Source: Amphiscolops sp. MND2022
Taxonomy: Eukaryota
Direction of reading: 5' to 3'
Length of the DNA stretch: 64,000 nt
NCBI GenBank assembly: GCA_964187785.1
Contig: OZ076409.1
Span: 80,354,001 to 80,418,000, forward strand
The position numbers and the translations under genes are program-made. The notes beneath the pieces are model-generated. The model was given only the letters and a program-made list of their open reading frames with translations. It was not told where the DNA came from and made no database searches. Position 1 is the stretch's first letter, and each line of letters opens with the position of its first letter. Positions 37,501-50,524 of the stretch are shown here, one piece after another.

Positions 37501-40500
37501 GTAAAATAGGATATTTTCACCAAAAAGATTTTTTTGATTACCAAAATACAGTTAACATGTGCTAAACGTTTTTAAAATTTCTTTCCAAACATCTGTTCTG
37601 GGATGTTTAATTTTTTCCAGGAAGAAAAGATGACGCAGTTGATTGATTCTTTTTCTAAGTGATACTGTTGTTACAAAACCTTTAAACAATTCACAGCAAT
37701 TGTAAGAGGTTGTGTTGAAGTTACGCAGCATATCGACTAGCATTTAAAACATGTCGAGAGACGGGGTTTTGAATACAAAACGATGGAAATCTATTTCGTA
37801 ATATTTTGTTGAAAATGAACAGGTTTTTCATGATTTAGAAATAAGGTTTGAAAAGCGTTTAAAGCTTGCAAAAAGTAATTTTTCTGCGAAAAGTAACAAT
37901 GTTCTGGAACGCTTTTTAAAGTAAGAACCATTTTAAAAGCTCCATAATTTTTTCTATTGCTATAAGCTTCATAAAATAACTTTTTGGGTTGAACAAATGC
38001 ATGTTGTTTAGTTTCTCGTACTTTTGAAAAAAATTTATGAACACAGTCTGAATCATTTTCTTTGGCATTAACTCGGAGGCGTTAAGCAACAAATTTATTT
38101 CATTTATGTTCGTTTATGACCTTTATGGATTATTTTCTGACTGCTACTTGCAACATTCAGCGCACACCGACCTGAACCATCAGCTGTTTGGAGTCTGCAT
38201 GTCTTACTAATCAATCTCAGCTGTCTAAATTCGAAAGGGAAATGAAGACAAAAGATCGAATTCACTAAACTCGTTTAAGGATAGCAACGAATCTGCCTCT
38301 TTGGAATTGCAAAGAAATGCGCTCAACAGAAATCGATTCCATAATTATGCCTAGATTGTAACGGCATTGTTTAAAATTAAGCGAAAATGAAGAATTGAAG
38401 GCGATTATTGGTGAAAAGATTGATAATGGGCCAAAAAAACCAATCCCTGAGAAGTCGTGAAGTTGGGAGAAAACACAAAATTTTTTTTAAATCATAATTC
38501 TACTCAAGGCAGTTTTCTAGTCTCATAATTGCGTCATTTTCTAACTTTTTAGTTATGAAATTGAACAAGAAGGTTGACAAAAAATAATTATTTGAAGTTC
38601 GAAAGTTCAAAAGACAACATATGGGCGACCTGTCAATAATACAGATGCCAAGAACGAGCATCCTTACTGGCACAGAATGTGTTTATCGCACGCCACAAAA
38701 CTTCAACATCAAGGATAAGTTACTACAAGTGCTGACTAAACCTTGCTTATCTCCCATAACAGAACACTCAAAGAGCACTTTATATATCTTCAAAGCTTCT
38801 CTTTCCGTCAATACATCATCTTGTAATTGATGAAAATTTTCATCATCATAGAATTTATAGTTACGGTACTTAAAATTCAGCGCTTTCCGTTGAGCTTTGA
38901 AAACCCACGCTTTTTCCGTTTATGACATGTGATTCTGTCTGGGACACATTTTCCCGCGCAAATTGTCAAATGATCAAAGAATGGTGGCCGGTACGTCCTA
39001 AATGCTCGAAATTTCAAGTATCAATTTTCGGCTCAATTAAACGAAAGCTCACTTCGAACTTGGAACCATCTGTTGGCCAAGTTTTAATTAAAACCTTGAA
39101 AAAATGAATTTCATAAATTCAAACAACATTGCTAGAAGTGACAAATTTTCAGCCGCTTTGGCGATTTCAAGAATGAAGCGCTTGCATGTGAAATAAATTA
39201 CGCCTTACCATTTTTGAAATCAAAGCCCCGAGGCCACGACTAAAAATTCGTTAAAATTCGAATTGGTGTTTAAAAAGCTAACACTGGTGCGTTTGTTGCC
39301 TTTGTGAGTAGATGTCGGGAGAATTCAAAATTAGGCCGTAACAATAAAAAATCTCGCTACAAGTAAGTCGGGCGCCACAAAATCGGAAATTTTTGGAACC
39401 AGTCTTGATGACTCGCATTTTACAAAGGAAAGCGGAGTTACTTCAGTGTGAAATCCCAGCTGATAACCAAAAAATGTTCTTAGAAAAAAAAATATTTTCG
39501 AATCTATATATTCATCTAAATTAGCACTGTAAATATTAATTGTATACGTACGTACTTTTTTCTGAGTGAAGCAGCAATAAAAAGTTCAATATAAAAGAAA
39601 CAGCAATAAAAAGTTCAATGTAAAAGTGGAAAATGAAAAATGGAGGCTAGATTAAGCGGTTGCACTACTGTTCCATTGTGATTTCTGTGCCTGAAGGGCA
39701 GATTCCAGCACAAACTGAAAATCAATTTTCATCCTATTTTGTCCTCAGAACTTGTTTTGAAAACAGATAAGCTATCGCTGGAAAATGCATTAGAAATGCA
39801 GCAAAAAAATGGAAGACAAATTTTCGCGTGAAAAAAAATCAAACACAAAATGCAGATATACTTACTCCTTTGTCTTTTTCTCACTTCTGCGCAAAGTTGA
39901 AAGAGATTACACTCAATTGACATTCATTAAATTGGGCCAATTTTTCCGAGCGTGAGTGAAAAAAAAACAATTCACGTGAAGCGAACAACCTGAAAAATCC
40001 CAAGGTGCGCTGCAAGATTTCTCCATTTTTATCGAGCTCAAGGTCTCGGAAGCAAACACCTGGGGAAAGCCTTATTCTGTTCGAACAATCAGTCAAATTT
40101 GAGCTTTCATACCCGTAATAACTGATGGAATGTGATAACTAAGGTTAAAAAAAGACAATAAAAGCAAAATTTCAGAAGAAAAAGAAGGAAAATTCCAATT
40201 TACAGTGACCTTAAGCATCACAGAGAGCCGATCCTTTGTATAAATTGTTAAAATTGGAAAGTTATAAGAATTCTTCAGCTGTGAAAATGCCTATTACCTG
40301 GCCAAGTACCCTATTTTCCAGTGCTCTTTTTCATCAAATTTATCAATTTTATGCATTATTTTGGAGTGGTCTGTTGTTTCCTTCAAATGCATGTTGATTC
40401 ATATTCTTTTGAAGTGCATCTTTTGTAGACCGGAATTATATATCACCGGATTCAGTAGTACGACTCAAATTAGCGAAATTCAACTTGTCCGTGATGAGAA

Positions 40501-43500
40501 ATCTATCCCGTACTTTGTGCGTTAACCAGTAGCAATACAGTTGTATTGTAGTTATATCTAAGGGTATATCTTAATATTTTGCATATTTTAGGGAGTACAA
40601 CATTTTGGTTTTGGTGAGTCCAGATTGTGAGTTGTTGTTGCCCAAAAACCCTGTGTAAAAATGTTGAATTCATATTTGTTCCCAAAGCAGACAAAAGAAT
40701 TTCAAAAATGTCCATCAAATAAACTGCTCTTTGTTTCATTCTTGGTTTTCAAAAGTTTCCCTTGGAGGTAGAAAAAAGTTAGAATCGTGGGACAAAATGT
40801 AATCAAAAACTCAGTTAACTCAATCAAAAATTTCTTTATAACTTGTGTTTTTCGTCGGAAGATTTGTTTTTCTTGGCTCTGGGCTGCAAAAAAAACAAAA
40901 ACAATTTTTATCCTGCTTCAAACTTGTAGAATCTTAATCAAATTTTTGTCATTGATTTGCACTAATACTTTGGCACTTTGAAGCGCGCCAGAAGAAACGA
41001 GCAATTGATTAAATTCCGTGTTTGATCTCAAATTTGAATTCCTGTATTGATTAGAAACTGTTAATATAAGTGGATATACAAAATCTTTGAATACTTCTCT
41101 GCTCAGAAACTTCAATAGAAGCGATTCAAATATATGTGACGTCTTTTGCAGTATAAATCAAATTAATGGAGCCACATATATGTATTAGAATAGTTTATAC
41201 AGCTGGTAGATAAAACCATTTCCTCCATACCATCGATATTCATCAGAGTTTAGAAGCCAAAGATTGTGGGGGGGGGGGGGGTGCTATGAAAATTGCACAA
41301 CCACAAATTGTCATTTGAACAAAATGAAGTGAAAAACATCAAAGTTTCCACAAGCAAGCCATTTGTAGGGTATGTTTAATCAACATTCATTTTTTGAGGA
41401 AAACCTTACAACTATGTCATCACAAGAAAACCTACGTCAGGAAGTAAAAAGGCACCCCTCGTTTCATGTTTTATGCAAAATATACGGTGTACCATAATTG
41501 GCCATCACCACCTTTTGGGAACAAATGTAAATCAAAGGTTGCATTCAAAAGGCTTCTCAAAATTTCGAATTGATTCAAGTGGTTCAAAATTTCATTGAAA
41601 CAGGTAAACTTTCATGTCAGAGAATTCTTTTTATTTGTAGTTCTTTTCTTAAAATATGAATGATCATTAAATGAATTTTGCTGGTTTTTTCATTAAGGGG
41701 GAAATTTTAAGATTATTTCGAGATCAAGACGCATTCAAATGGAAACGGATGAATTAAAAGAAGAGGTCTTGAACATGCGATAAGATTTTAAAGTTATTTG
41801 AGGCATGAAAACTTGACCTGAATGTAATTAATGGAATTGCATTTGAAATGGCTCGGATTGACCGCTCGCACATTCTCGAGTCCAAACGGTCCACATTCTA
41901 CTATCAAGTTGAAAATACAAAAAAAGTGATGGAATGCGTAGAATAACACATTTAAGAAAAATTGGAACGCGGAATTAGATTTTTGGTTTTTGGAAAATTG
42001 GCATACATGACAAGTTAAGATTTGTATGAAAAGCGCGCATAGAAATACAAAATTGGAGGATCGTTATTTTATTGATGCGTTTGATTTCCTCGCTAACTGT
42101 TTGGAGATACAGTTTTTGAATGTTATCATTAGAATTCAAGTATCCTCAAAGACAAGCGGTAGGAGAAAAGATTTACGGTTAAAGGAATTTTCACTCCTTG
42201 TGACACACGTTCAAAAATATTTTAAATATGAGGCTCATTTGAATATGACACGTTTTTGTATTCCAATTTGACCGATAAGCATATTCAATTATGCTTAAGA
42301 CACAATAATTAGCATTTTTGCATACAACCGGATTCAGTAGAAAAAAGCCTAATTACAATCAGGATTGCTGTGAAAAAATGCTAATCGCAATTGATTTTGA
42401 ATTCGACAACGGTCTTACTTTTTAAACGCTCCTTTTTCATCTATGAAAAATTCATGTGAACTTGAATTACGACAGAAGTACCGCAGTTATCATAGCATGA
42501 GAAAGTACTAGCAGTGACTACCTTAGTTTTCAACATCGTGCTAAAGACCCTTGTTGGAACGGTGCATATAGATTCATTCAACTAAAATCTCTTCTAATAT
42601 AGGTCGATATGAACTATTTTCGTTCATAGCAATTATTTCTCAACAGCAGTTAGCTCCACGTGGGATATGGGGCAATGCCGAAACTGGGTTGAACACAATT
42701 GGTCGGGTGACCCACAAAACCCATCTTTAAGGGACCTTCACAAAGAGCGGGTGAAGCTTACTTTGAAGTCTCTATTTGTAAACGGTGACCATCTAATGAC
42801 TAGTGGGCCAAATTTTGAGATAAACATTACTTTCGTTTAGAAACACAAACAGCCAAATGAAAAACACAATGTTTACTTACCCTAAATACAGCAACGCAAA
42901 ACTAGACCAAGATTTTTATTTAGAATTCAGAAGTTTCGCCCAAATATTGAACTCAGGTCGTTTTTCATAATCGTGCTCTGGACTCTGATGAGGGAAATGA
43001 TTACAAAGGAATTTAATAAGCTTAACACGGCCGAATTCAATAGCAAGTTAATTAGAATTAGAGACAATTCATCTACGGCAAAATTTTCATTGATGGTCGT
43101 TGGTTGGTAATAGACCATGGTAAAATCACAAAGAAAGTGATTGGCATTTATTTGAATTGATTTCCACTAATGAGCGTCAAACTTTCATTTCTAATCGACG
43201 CTCAACAAACTCACAGCTCTTTCAAGTTTCAAGCCCGACTGATATTCACATACCGACAACTTTGAACATTTTAATCCCGGCGGCCACCCGTAACCCGCCC
43301 CGTTGTTAATTGTGAACACTTTGGGGATTAAAGTTTTAAAGTTGCGGTCTGAAAGTCCCAAGCTAGATTATCTACAAGATTTCAAAGTTTCAGCAGCTCT
43401 ATGCAAATTCTGGGTTTCACAAGAAATTCATATATGATTTTGAAAATATACACAAACATGTTTGTGGGCAGAGATATACAAAAGGTCTAATATATGTACA

Positions 43501-44712
43501 TAACTTGTGTACTTGAAACAACAAACACTTCAACCAATAATGCATCATAGAAAAATTCCGTCTTAATTCAGTTTTAAAAGTATCAAGATGAATCAGCCAG
43601 CACATTTTAAGTGAAGTTTGACCGGTAAATGGATCGAACACTTAGTGAGTCAGCCTTTTTGGACACATTAACTAATTTCCGCCCTGTTTACCCCCACTGA
43701 CATTGTCCCTTCAGGCAAACCACATTTCGAGCTACTTTATCTGGTGTGAAAACGGCCAGATGTTATATTTCTAGGTCTTTAAGAAGTACTACTTATTAAT
43801 GCGACTATAAATTAAAATTCTCTAATTTCAGGATTTCATCAGTCAAAGAACACTTCCTTGTGTTTTTTTTGAACATCAATGTAACCAATGACGTATGTTC
43901 CCTGCAACAAACTAAAACGAACAAAAGTTGTTTGATAGGTAAAAGGGAATGTTTTAACAATTTCAGAAAACATCAATTTCGGGAAAAGATTGAAAAGTTC
44001 ACCAGAAAAAAGCTATAAAGGGCATTGGATTTCTCTTTTCTCGCATTTGATATTTCGAAGGTTTATTGCATGTGCAAAATAACACACCAAGTGTGGCGCC
44101 ATTTTCCTAAAATGTTCATTCAAACGACACGTGAGGGTATTAACGATACTATTAATTTTCAAAATAATAATTACCAGAAAATATTATCGAGTCAGCCTTA
44201 TAGGTCAATATTCATTGGGTATTTGACCAAGTAAGTATTGGAGTTGACGAAGCATTTGAAAAAAAAAACAAATTATTTAAATGCTGTTTTGTAGAATCCA
44301 AAATCAAAATTGAGACCAAATTCCAAGTCAGCTGCTTCGGTTCATGTTCTCAAAATTTACAAATCCGAAAACCTCTATTCAAGTTATCAATTTTTGATTG
44401 ACCCGAGGCACCAAAAGCCCTCCTTTCTAAGGCAGGAAGTTTTTGAAAAGTACTTCATTACGACCTTCTATCACTAAAGATAAAGAACCGTTCAGTTTAA
44501 GGATATGAAATTTCAAACAGCCCTTCAAATGAGAAGAAACCGAAAAAATAGGAAAGCAGAGAACAGAGCAACCGCAGCTGCCAAAGTAACTTAAAGGTCA
44601 GCTTCCGTTTACAGTCAATTCCCTTCTACAATCTCTGAACTAACCATTAATATTTTTTTAAAATATATTAATTTCATTGTTATGCCAGAGACTATACACT
44701 GGAAAAAAGGAC

Positions 44713-45826
44713 AAAAAAGGCGAAAACGCCATGAGTCGGTACCCCACTCAAGGTTCAAAAAGCACAAGTTACATCAAAATGTTGAATAGATGTTTTTGAA
44801 AAAATCTAAGTGCTAAAAATAGAAGGGAGGACCCATTTGGCGTCAAACGGCTTTTTTCTAACTTAAAATATGCTAAAAGACTTACTATAAAATTTTCAAG
44901 AAATCTAGATTTACCGAAAATATATGGGCTTTTTACTGATTGAACAAAAAAGAACAAAAAAAACAAATGCACCCTTGGTGAGGCTAAATAATTTTCAAAA
45001 GAAGTGTCGAAAATAAACCCATATATATGTTTAACAAGCCGGGACCGGCCCAAGTCGGCGCCATATCCAAGGCTCAAAAATAGCAAAAAGACTTCCAAGT
45101 GTCAAGTTTTCTCTTTTACAGTACTAGAAAATCAAAAATTTTACGAAAAAAAATTTTCGAAAAAAATTACATACTCAAAAAATGGACCGAGTGGCGCGCC
45201 GGGGCCCGCTAGCGCGAGCCCCTGGCGCGCTGAAAAGGGGACACTTCCGAAATTGTCAACATTTTTGTCGCAGTTGAAGGAGTTTTGTCGCAAAACATCA
45301 AAAAATTGAAGGGGGGATTTTTATTTTCGGAAAAAAATCTCACAGTGCCGAAAAAAACTGAAAGGGGGACCCTTTGGGATTTCCCAACATCCATTCTGTC
45401 GCAAAACAGCAAAAAATTGAAGGGGGACCCTTTGGGGAAAAATTTCCGGAAAAAAGTCTCGCAGTGCCGAAAAAAATTGGAAGGGGGGACCCTTTGGTCT
45501 CGCCGGGTATGGTATGTTACGAGGGAAAACAGGAAAAACCTTTTTGGTTCAGTTCGCTAGACCAAATAGTGCAATTTGGTGCAATTATATTTTGTAGAAC
45601 TTTTGTAGAACTATTTTGGTCAGTTCGTGTGGATTGAAAATAAAAAGAAAAGCCACTATAATAGTCGCGTTTCACTTCATGAAGCGCCGACTAAAAATAA
45701 AAGGACGGATCCTTAGCAATTTGTAGAATTTTAGAGTCATTTCGACCGGATTTTTTTTAAAAAACGACAAAAACAAGTACAATAGTCGCTTTTATTTCAT
45801 ATATTTCATAAAGCGCCGACTAAAAA
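44713..45826 (-). mobile_element. Older HINE-like element interrupted by copy D
   Basis: Hairpin GGCGAAAACGCC plus GAGTCGGTACCCCACTCAAGGTTCAAAAAG at one end; TAGTCGCTTT...AAAGCGCCGACTAAAAA at the other. Confidence 0.55.
45033..45697 (-). mobile_element. HINE/DINE-1-like element, copy D (full length)
   Basis: Same termini and internal subrepeats as copy B, highly similar by eye. Confidence 0.8.
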
Positions 45827-46787
45827 GGAGTTCCGCAAAAACGTTTTCACATTGCTGATTCGATATGACAAAGATAAAGCGTAGATCATGCTTCTCAAAA
45901 AAAATATCAAACCCATTTGAAAAATAATTTTCAGTTCTCTCATACACTTTGATAGTACAGCCGAAAATATTAATGTAAAATAATCAAAGAGTGGACGGGC
46001 GGTACTTGTTTTCCCGACTATGTTTCTCAGGTCAACTTTTACGTATTTTAGAATAAACACTTTGATGATCGGATTTAATGTTCACACTTTAATGGCGGTT
46101 GATATACACTGGGAAATTATCCTGGAAAATGGGATGAGTGCAAATTGATTTTAAATTCCCAGTCGAACCATTTTAGGCCGTACACCCTTTGAACATACTG
46201 ACCCAAAAGGTAATTGACACATCTAACGAATTGAAACTATTTGCTCCTCTGTAAAATTTCCAACATCAAACAAAATCGTTCTGAGTAGGCTCCTAACCTG
46301 ATTAGTAATGACCTTTTTACGTAAGTTGGGAGCTATCCTGATTTCAATTTTAAAGTACATGTATTAAGAAAATTAAATTTTAACAGATAGAACATGAAAA
46401 TTTTACATAATTCGTTTACATAATTTGATCATCTTTTAGCATCTTCGGTGCTTTCTGATAACGCCAGTTAGAATAAATTCCAGCGTAACTAAGACGCTAC
46501 ACAAAATTGAAGATACAATAAATAGGTTCGGATAATCTGAATAATAATAATAATAATAATTGAATTTATCAGGGTGCGCTGTATATATAAGCATCATATA
46601 AAATTATAAACATAAAAGTGCAAACATAAAATAATTTAGCCCCTGAAAAGGCTTCCTATAAGCACTTAGGCTTTTCAAGAGGAAACCTTTTGAAATGATT
46701 TTTTTGTGTTTTTTCAGTTTTTTTTTGTGTGTGTGGTAGAGATTTGACATTTAATTAACCGTTTCAATCTATCCAGCTGAAAAAATT

Positions 46788-49601
46788 CTAATTGCATATA
46801 AGATCAATCAAGTCACCATTTCCAAAAATGTAGAGATCTGCAATTTGGTGGTAGTAATTTTGAAAACAGTTTTCGTCCATTTCGCATATCAGTTCGTCTG
46901 TAAATAAAACACCCCACTTGCGCAATGCATTGATGAGTATGATTGCCCGAGAATCTAGCCTATCATTTTCTCCTGTGCGATTCCATATATTTAGACTACC
47001 ATTTCTTGTTTGTCTATTTTGCGTTCCAATGCAAAGACTTTTGAAACCATTTCGTATCTGGTTAAGGGAAAATTTGAAGATTTCATAAACATGATACTCA
47101 AACACTGTTCTAATTTTTAATTCGTTGAATTTTTCAGTAACACTAGTTCTGGTTGGAAGCCTTAAAGCTATCCTCATTAGTTTTTTTTGTAATAAGAAAA
47201 TTTTTAGCAATTTAGTTTTTGGGCCCAAGCCATACAGAAGCACGCCATACTGAACCAGAGGTGATATAAACGATCGAATATATTGTACTAACTGTTTTTC
47301 GTTCAACGTTGCCCTTAATTTGTACAAGATTCCGCTTTGTTGCGCCAATTTGGCAATAACATGATTAATGTGCTCTTGGAAGTTCAATTTTTTATCGAAA
47401 TGTATACCCAAGTATTTATAACTCTCACAAGAGGAAACTTCATGATCCCCAATAAAAATGTTCGGATACTTCACAGATTTCTTCTCAAAAACGACAAACT
47501 TTGTTTTCGTGTAATTACAATCCAAGCGATTCATTTCTGTCCAATTTTGGAACAAAGTTTTATCATCAGACTTTGTATTTAGCTTTTCGATCATAACTGT
47601 ATCATCCGCATACTTTATTATTTTACTCTGCCATTTTTCATCGGCGCCCAAATCATTAATATAAACAAGAAATAAGAGAGGGCCAAGTATAGATCCCTGT
47701 GGGACTCCACGTTTTATTAATTTCATGGATGAGCATTTATCCTCAATTTTCACATACTGACACCTATTCGTTAAGTAACTCGTTAGGAGTTTATGAGAAA
47801 CTCCTCTGATACCGATTCGATTCAATTTATTCAACAGAACGCTGTGATCAACTGCATCAAAAGCTTTCCTGAAATCAATAAAAACAGAGTTCGTTTTAAT
47901 TTTGGACCTCCAATTTGCTTCTATTTCTTTAAAAAGTGATGTTGCGGCTTGGATAGAATCTTTCTTTTTTCTGAACCCATATTGATTTTCCGAAAGAATT
48001 CCAAATTTTTCAAAAAAGTTCATCAATCTTCTGTGTATTACCTTCTCGAAGAGCTTTGATAAATTACCCAGAATAGAAATCGGCCTGTAATTGGAAGCTA
48101 AACTTGTTGCACCAGCTTTAAAAATTGGTATTACTTTAGCAATTTTCATACTTTGAGGAAACACTCCTGCATATATGCAATTGTTGAAAGCAGTTTTTAG
48201 ATAAGGACTAACAATTCGGGAAGCTTTCTTTAATACGGCGACCTCAATGCAATCCATGCCAACAGATTTTTTGTTTTTCAATGTGGAAATGTGTTTCGAA
48301 ACTTCATCCTCAGTAACTGGGCGCATGAATATTGATTGCGGTTGTTCAACCTGCTGACTTTTAAAACGATGAGTTAATATTGTGTCTGAGGTATCAGCAG
48401 CAGTTATGAAATAATTATTAAAATCTTCTGCAGATAAATCACATTTTGCTACTTGATTCAAAGTGCCTTCCATCTTTTTTATGTATCTGAAAAATTCTCT
48501 CGAATTATTGCGGTCAATTCTAGATTGAACTTCATTCCGCCTTGCGTTTTTAATTTCCATATTGACTTCATTTCTTTTTTTCCTGTACTTCTCGTAATCA
48601 ACAGATGATTTTGTTTTTAACCATAAATGATAATGTTTATCTCTATTTGCTATGTGCCTCTTAATACAATTTGTTATCCAAGACTTTTTGGGTTCATGGC
48701 GTTTCACTTGCTTGGTTGGGAAATATTTATCAGTTGAATCTTTGATTACATGCGCGATCTCTTCTAGATATGATTCGGCATCTGAATCTTGTTCATTAAT
48801 TTTACCCAACGAATGATTCAAGAAGAAAAGGAATTTTTCACAGTAAAAAGAGTCTTCTAATTTCTTGAGTGATCGATATTCAAAGATGTTTTCCGCAATT
48901 TCATAAAAAATTTCGAAAGACAGTTCTAAGCTGTAATGGTCAGAGAATGTTGTTTTTTTAATCTGCGTTAGTTGCACCGGAATATTGCTGTATATGGAGT
49001 CTATGCAAGTACTAGATGTAGCAGTTTCTCTTGTAGGTTGTCGCAAGCTAACCAATTCCAACCCTTGGGCTGTCATCAAATTTTCTAACGTTATCCGTGC
49101 TGCAAGGTTTTCGTTTAACAAATCAATATTGAAGTCTCCACAAGCTATCTGCATACCTTCACCATTTTTATCCAATACTTCTTCAACATGGTCCAGATAC
49201 TGACTTCTATTCCTCGACGGTTCACAATAGAAACAAGAAACTATTATTTTCTTTTTCTTTTTGAAGTCACTAATTTTTACAGATAATGACTCGTAGGCTT
49301 CATCCGTGTGAAGTAATTCAGCTTCCAGGTCCGATGTAACATAAATTGCTACACCTCCACCTCGTTTGCGGTTTCTGGTGCTAGCGAAAGGTCTTTGGTA
49401 TCCTTCGAGACAATACAGTCCTGCTTCATTTTCGTTTTTCCACCATGTTTCGGTTAATGCGATTACGGACGGCTTTGTTTGTGCAACCAATATTTCAAGA
49501 TCTTCTAAATTTGCAGATACTGATCTTATATTATTATACAGAAAAGTCAACCCCTCTACCACACGTTTTTTAAAGTTTTTATTTGAATGTTCTGTCAGCA
49601 T
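46788..49601 (-). CDS. LINE ORF2: APE endonuclease + reverse transcriptase (937 aa, intact)
   Basis: APE: YNNIRS, ALTETW, GGGVAIYV, GDFN, CIDSIY, SDH. RT: NYRPISIL, QYGFR, DFRKAFDAVDH, GVPQGSILGPLLFLVYINDL, YADD, YKYLG. Confidence 0.95.
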   Translation of the reverse strand: MLTEHSNKNFKKRVVEGLTFLYNNIRSVSANLEDLEILVAQTKPSVIALTETWWKNENEAGLYCLEGYQRPFASTRNRKRGGGVAIYVTSDLEAELLHTDEAYESLSVKISDFKKKKKIIVSCFYCEPSRNRSQYLDHVEEVLDKNGEGMQIACGDFNIDLLNENLAARITLENLMTAQGLELVSLRQPTRETATSSTCIDSIYSNIPVQLTQIKKTTFSDHYSLELSFEIFYEIAENIFEYRSLKKLEDSFYCEKFLFFLNHSLGKINEQDSDAESYLEEIAHVIKDSTDKYFPTKQVKRHEPKKSWITNCIKRHIANRDKHYHLWLKTKSSVDYEKYRKKRNEVNMEIKNARRNEVQSRIDRNNSREFFRYIKKMEGTLNQVAKCDLSAEDFNNYFITAADTSDTILTHRFKSQQVEQPQSIFMRPVTEDEVSKHISTLKNKKSVGMDCIEVAVLKKASRIVSPYLKTAFNNCIYAGVFPQSMKIAKVIPIFKAGATSLASNYRPISILGNLSKLFEKVIHRRLMNFFEKFGILSENQYGFRKKKDSIQAATSLFKEIEANWRSKIKTNSVFIDFRKAFDAVDHSVLLNKLNRIGIRGVSHKLLTSYLTNRCQYVKIEDKCSSMKLIKRGVPQGSILGPLLFLVYINDLGADEKWQSKIIKYADDTVMIEKLNTKSDDKTLFQNWTEMNRLDCNYTKTKFVVFEKKSVKYPNIFIGDHEVSSCESYKYLGIHFDKKLNFQEHINHVIAKLAQQSGILYKLRATLNEKQLVQYIRSFISPLVQYGVLLYGLGPKTKLLKIFLLQKKLMRIALRLPTRTSVTEKFNELKIRTVFEYHVYEIFKFSLNQIRNGFKSLCIGTQNRQTRNGSLNIWNRTGENDRLDSRAIILINALRKWGVLFTDELICEMDENCFQNYYHQIADLYIFGNGDLIDLICN

Positions 49602-49683
49602 TAATTGCAGTCAAATGTGTTTTTTTAAAGTTTGTTTTTGCATTTGCGTTTCGTCAGCGTTACATTGTTATTTCTATATTTTT

Positions 49684-50524
49684 TTAGGACATTTGACCGC
49701 AATTTGATGATGTTTGTTCATCTATTTCTGGTTGAACAGTTCCAAGACAAAGTGCTTTTAGAGTTGCCATCCCTTCTGCATCTGGTGAGCTTCGTATTCG
49801 TTTCAGTGCACTTTTTAGTTGCAACTCCATACCGGACTTTTTGGGTGCAGGAGTAGAAAACACAGTTGCTGATTTGGCAGGCTCCAATTGTTTCTTTTTC
49901 ACAGCACAATGTTTGATATCTTCAACTGCTTGTACGCTTTTTACCACCACTGACTTGAAGGTATTATCCTCATTTTTCATAAAGACTTTCACATTGCAAT
50001 TTTGGGTTGTTGTTATTAGACCGAAATCGTCAGCTTTCTGCTTGATAGACCTTTGTTGGGGTGGAAGCCTCTCCTTCATGTAGATTGGTTTTCGATTGAT
50101 TGGATTTAGCGCTCTTGCCAACCATGATTTACGGCCAAAAATCTCGTTTTTTTTTATTGAAATATATAAATTTCACTATAATTGCAGGGGGATAGTTGCT
50201 ATTTTTCCAGGGGCCCAGAAAATGGCAGGCCTTGAAATCCGATGGGTGGGCGGAAAAGCTCAGAAATCGTCGAAAAAAGTCACATACCTGTAGTTCCAGT
50301 TGTTCAAAATTCGGATTGAGCGGGGCATTCTCAATTATGATGCAGTCTTTGGAGGAATAAACCTCACACTCGTTAACCCTTACCTCCAGATCCGATACCC
50401 GGTTCTCCAAAGATAGTATTTTCTCGTCCTTAATAGATAATTGCTCCAATAGATGTGATAATAAGGATCGTAAATTGGAATTTTCAATGTTCTGTAATGC
50501 ATTTTCGACATTAAGTTCAGACAT
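49684..50524 (-). CDS. LINE ORF1 (coiled coil + RRM-like + CTD, ~279 aa) split by one extra A in an A9 run
   Basis: ORFs 50129..50524 and 49684..50121 join (FNKKNEIFGRKSWLARAL) if one A at 50147-50155 is removed. Motifs LENRVSDLEVRV, CIIIEN, ACHFLG, PAIIVKF, IYMKERL. Confidence 0.8.

Noticed and set aside
39572..41281. 29-bp direct duplication (39572-39626) and G14 run (41268-41281)
   Set aside because: Ordinary slippage or low-complexity features with no supporting context.
50147..50155. A-run in LINE ORF1 as a programmed frameshift
   Set aside because: It needs +1 rather than -1 and has no stimulatory structure; a homopolymer indel is more likely.
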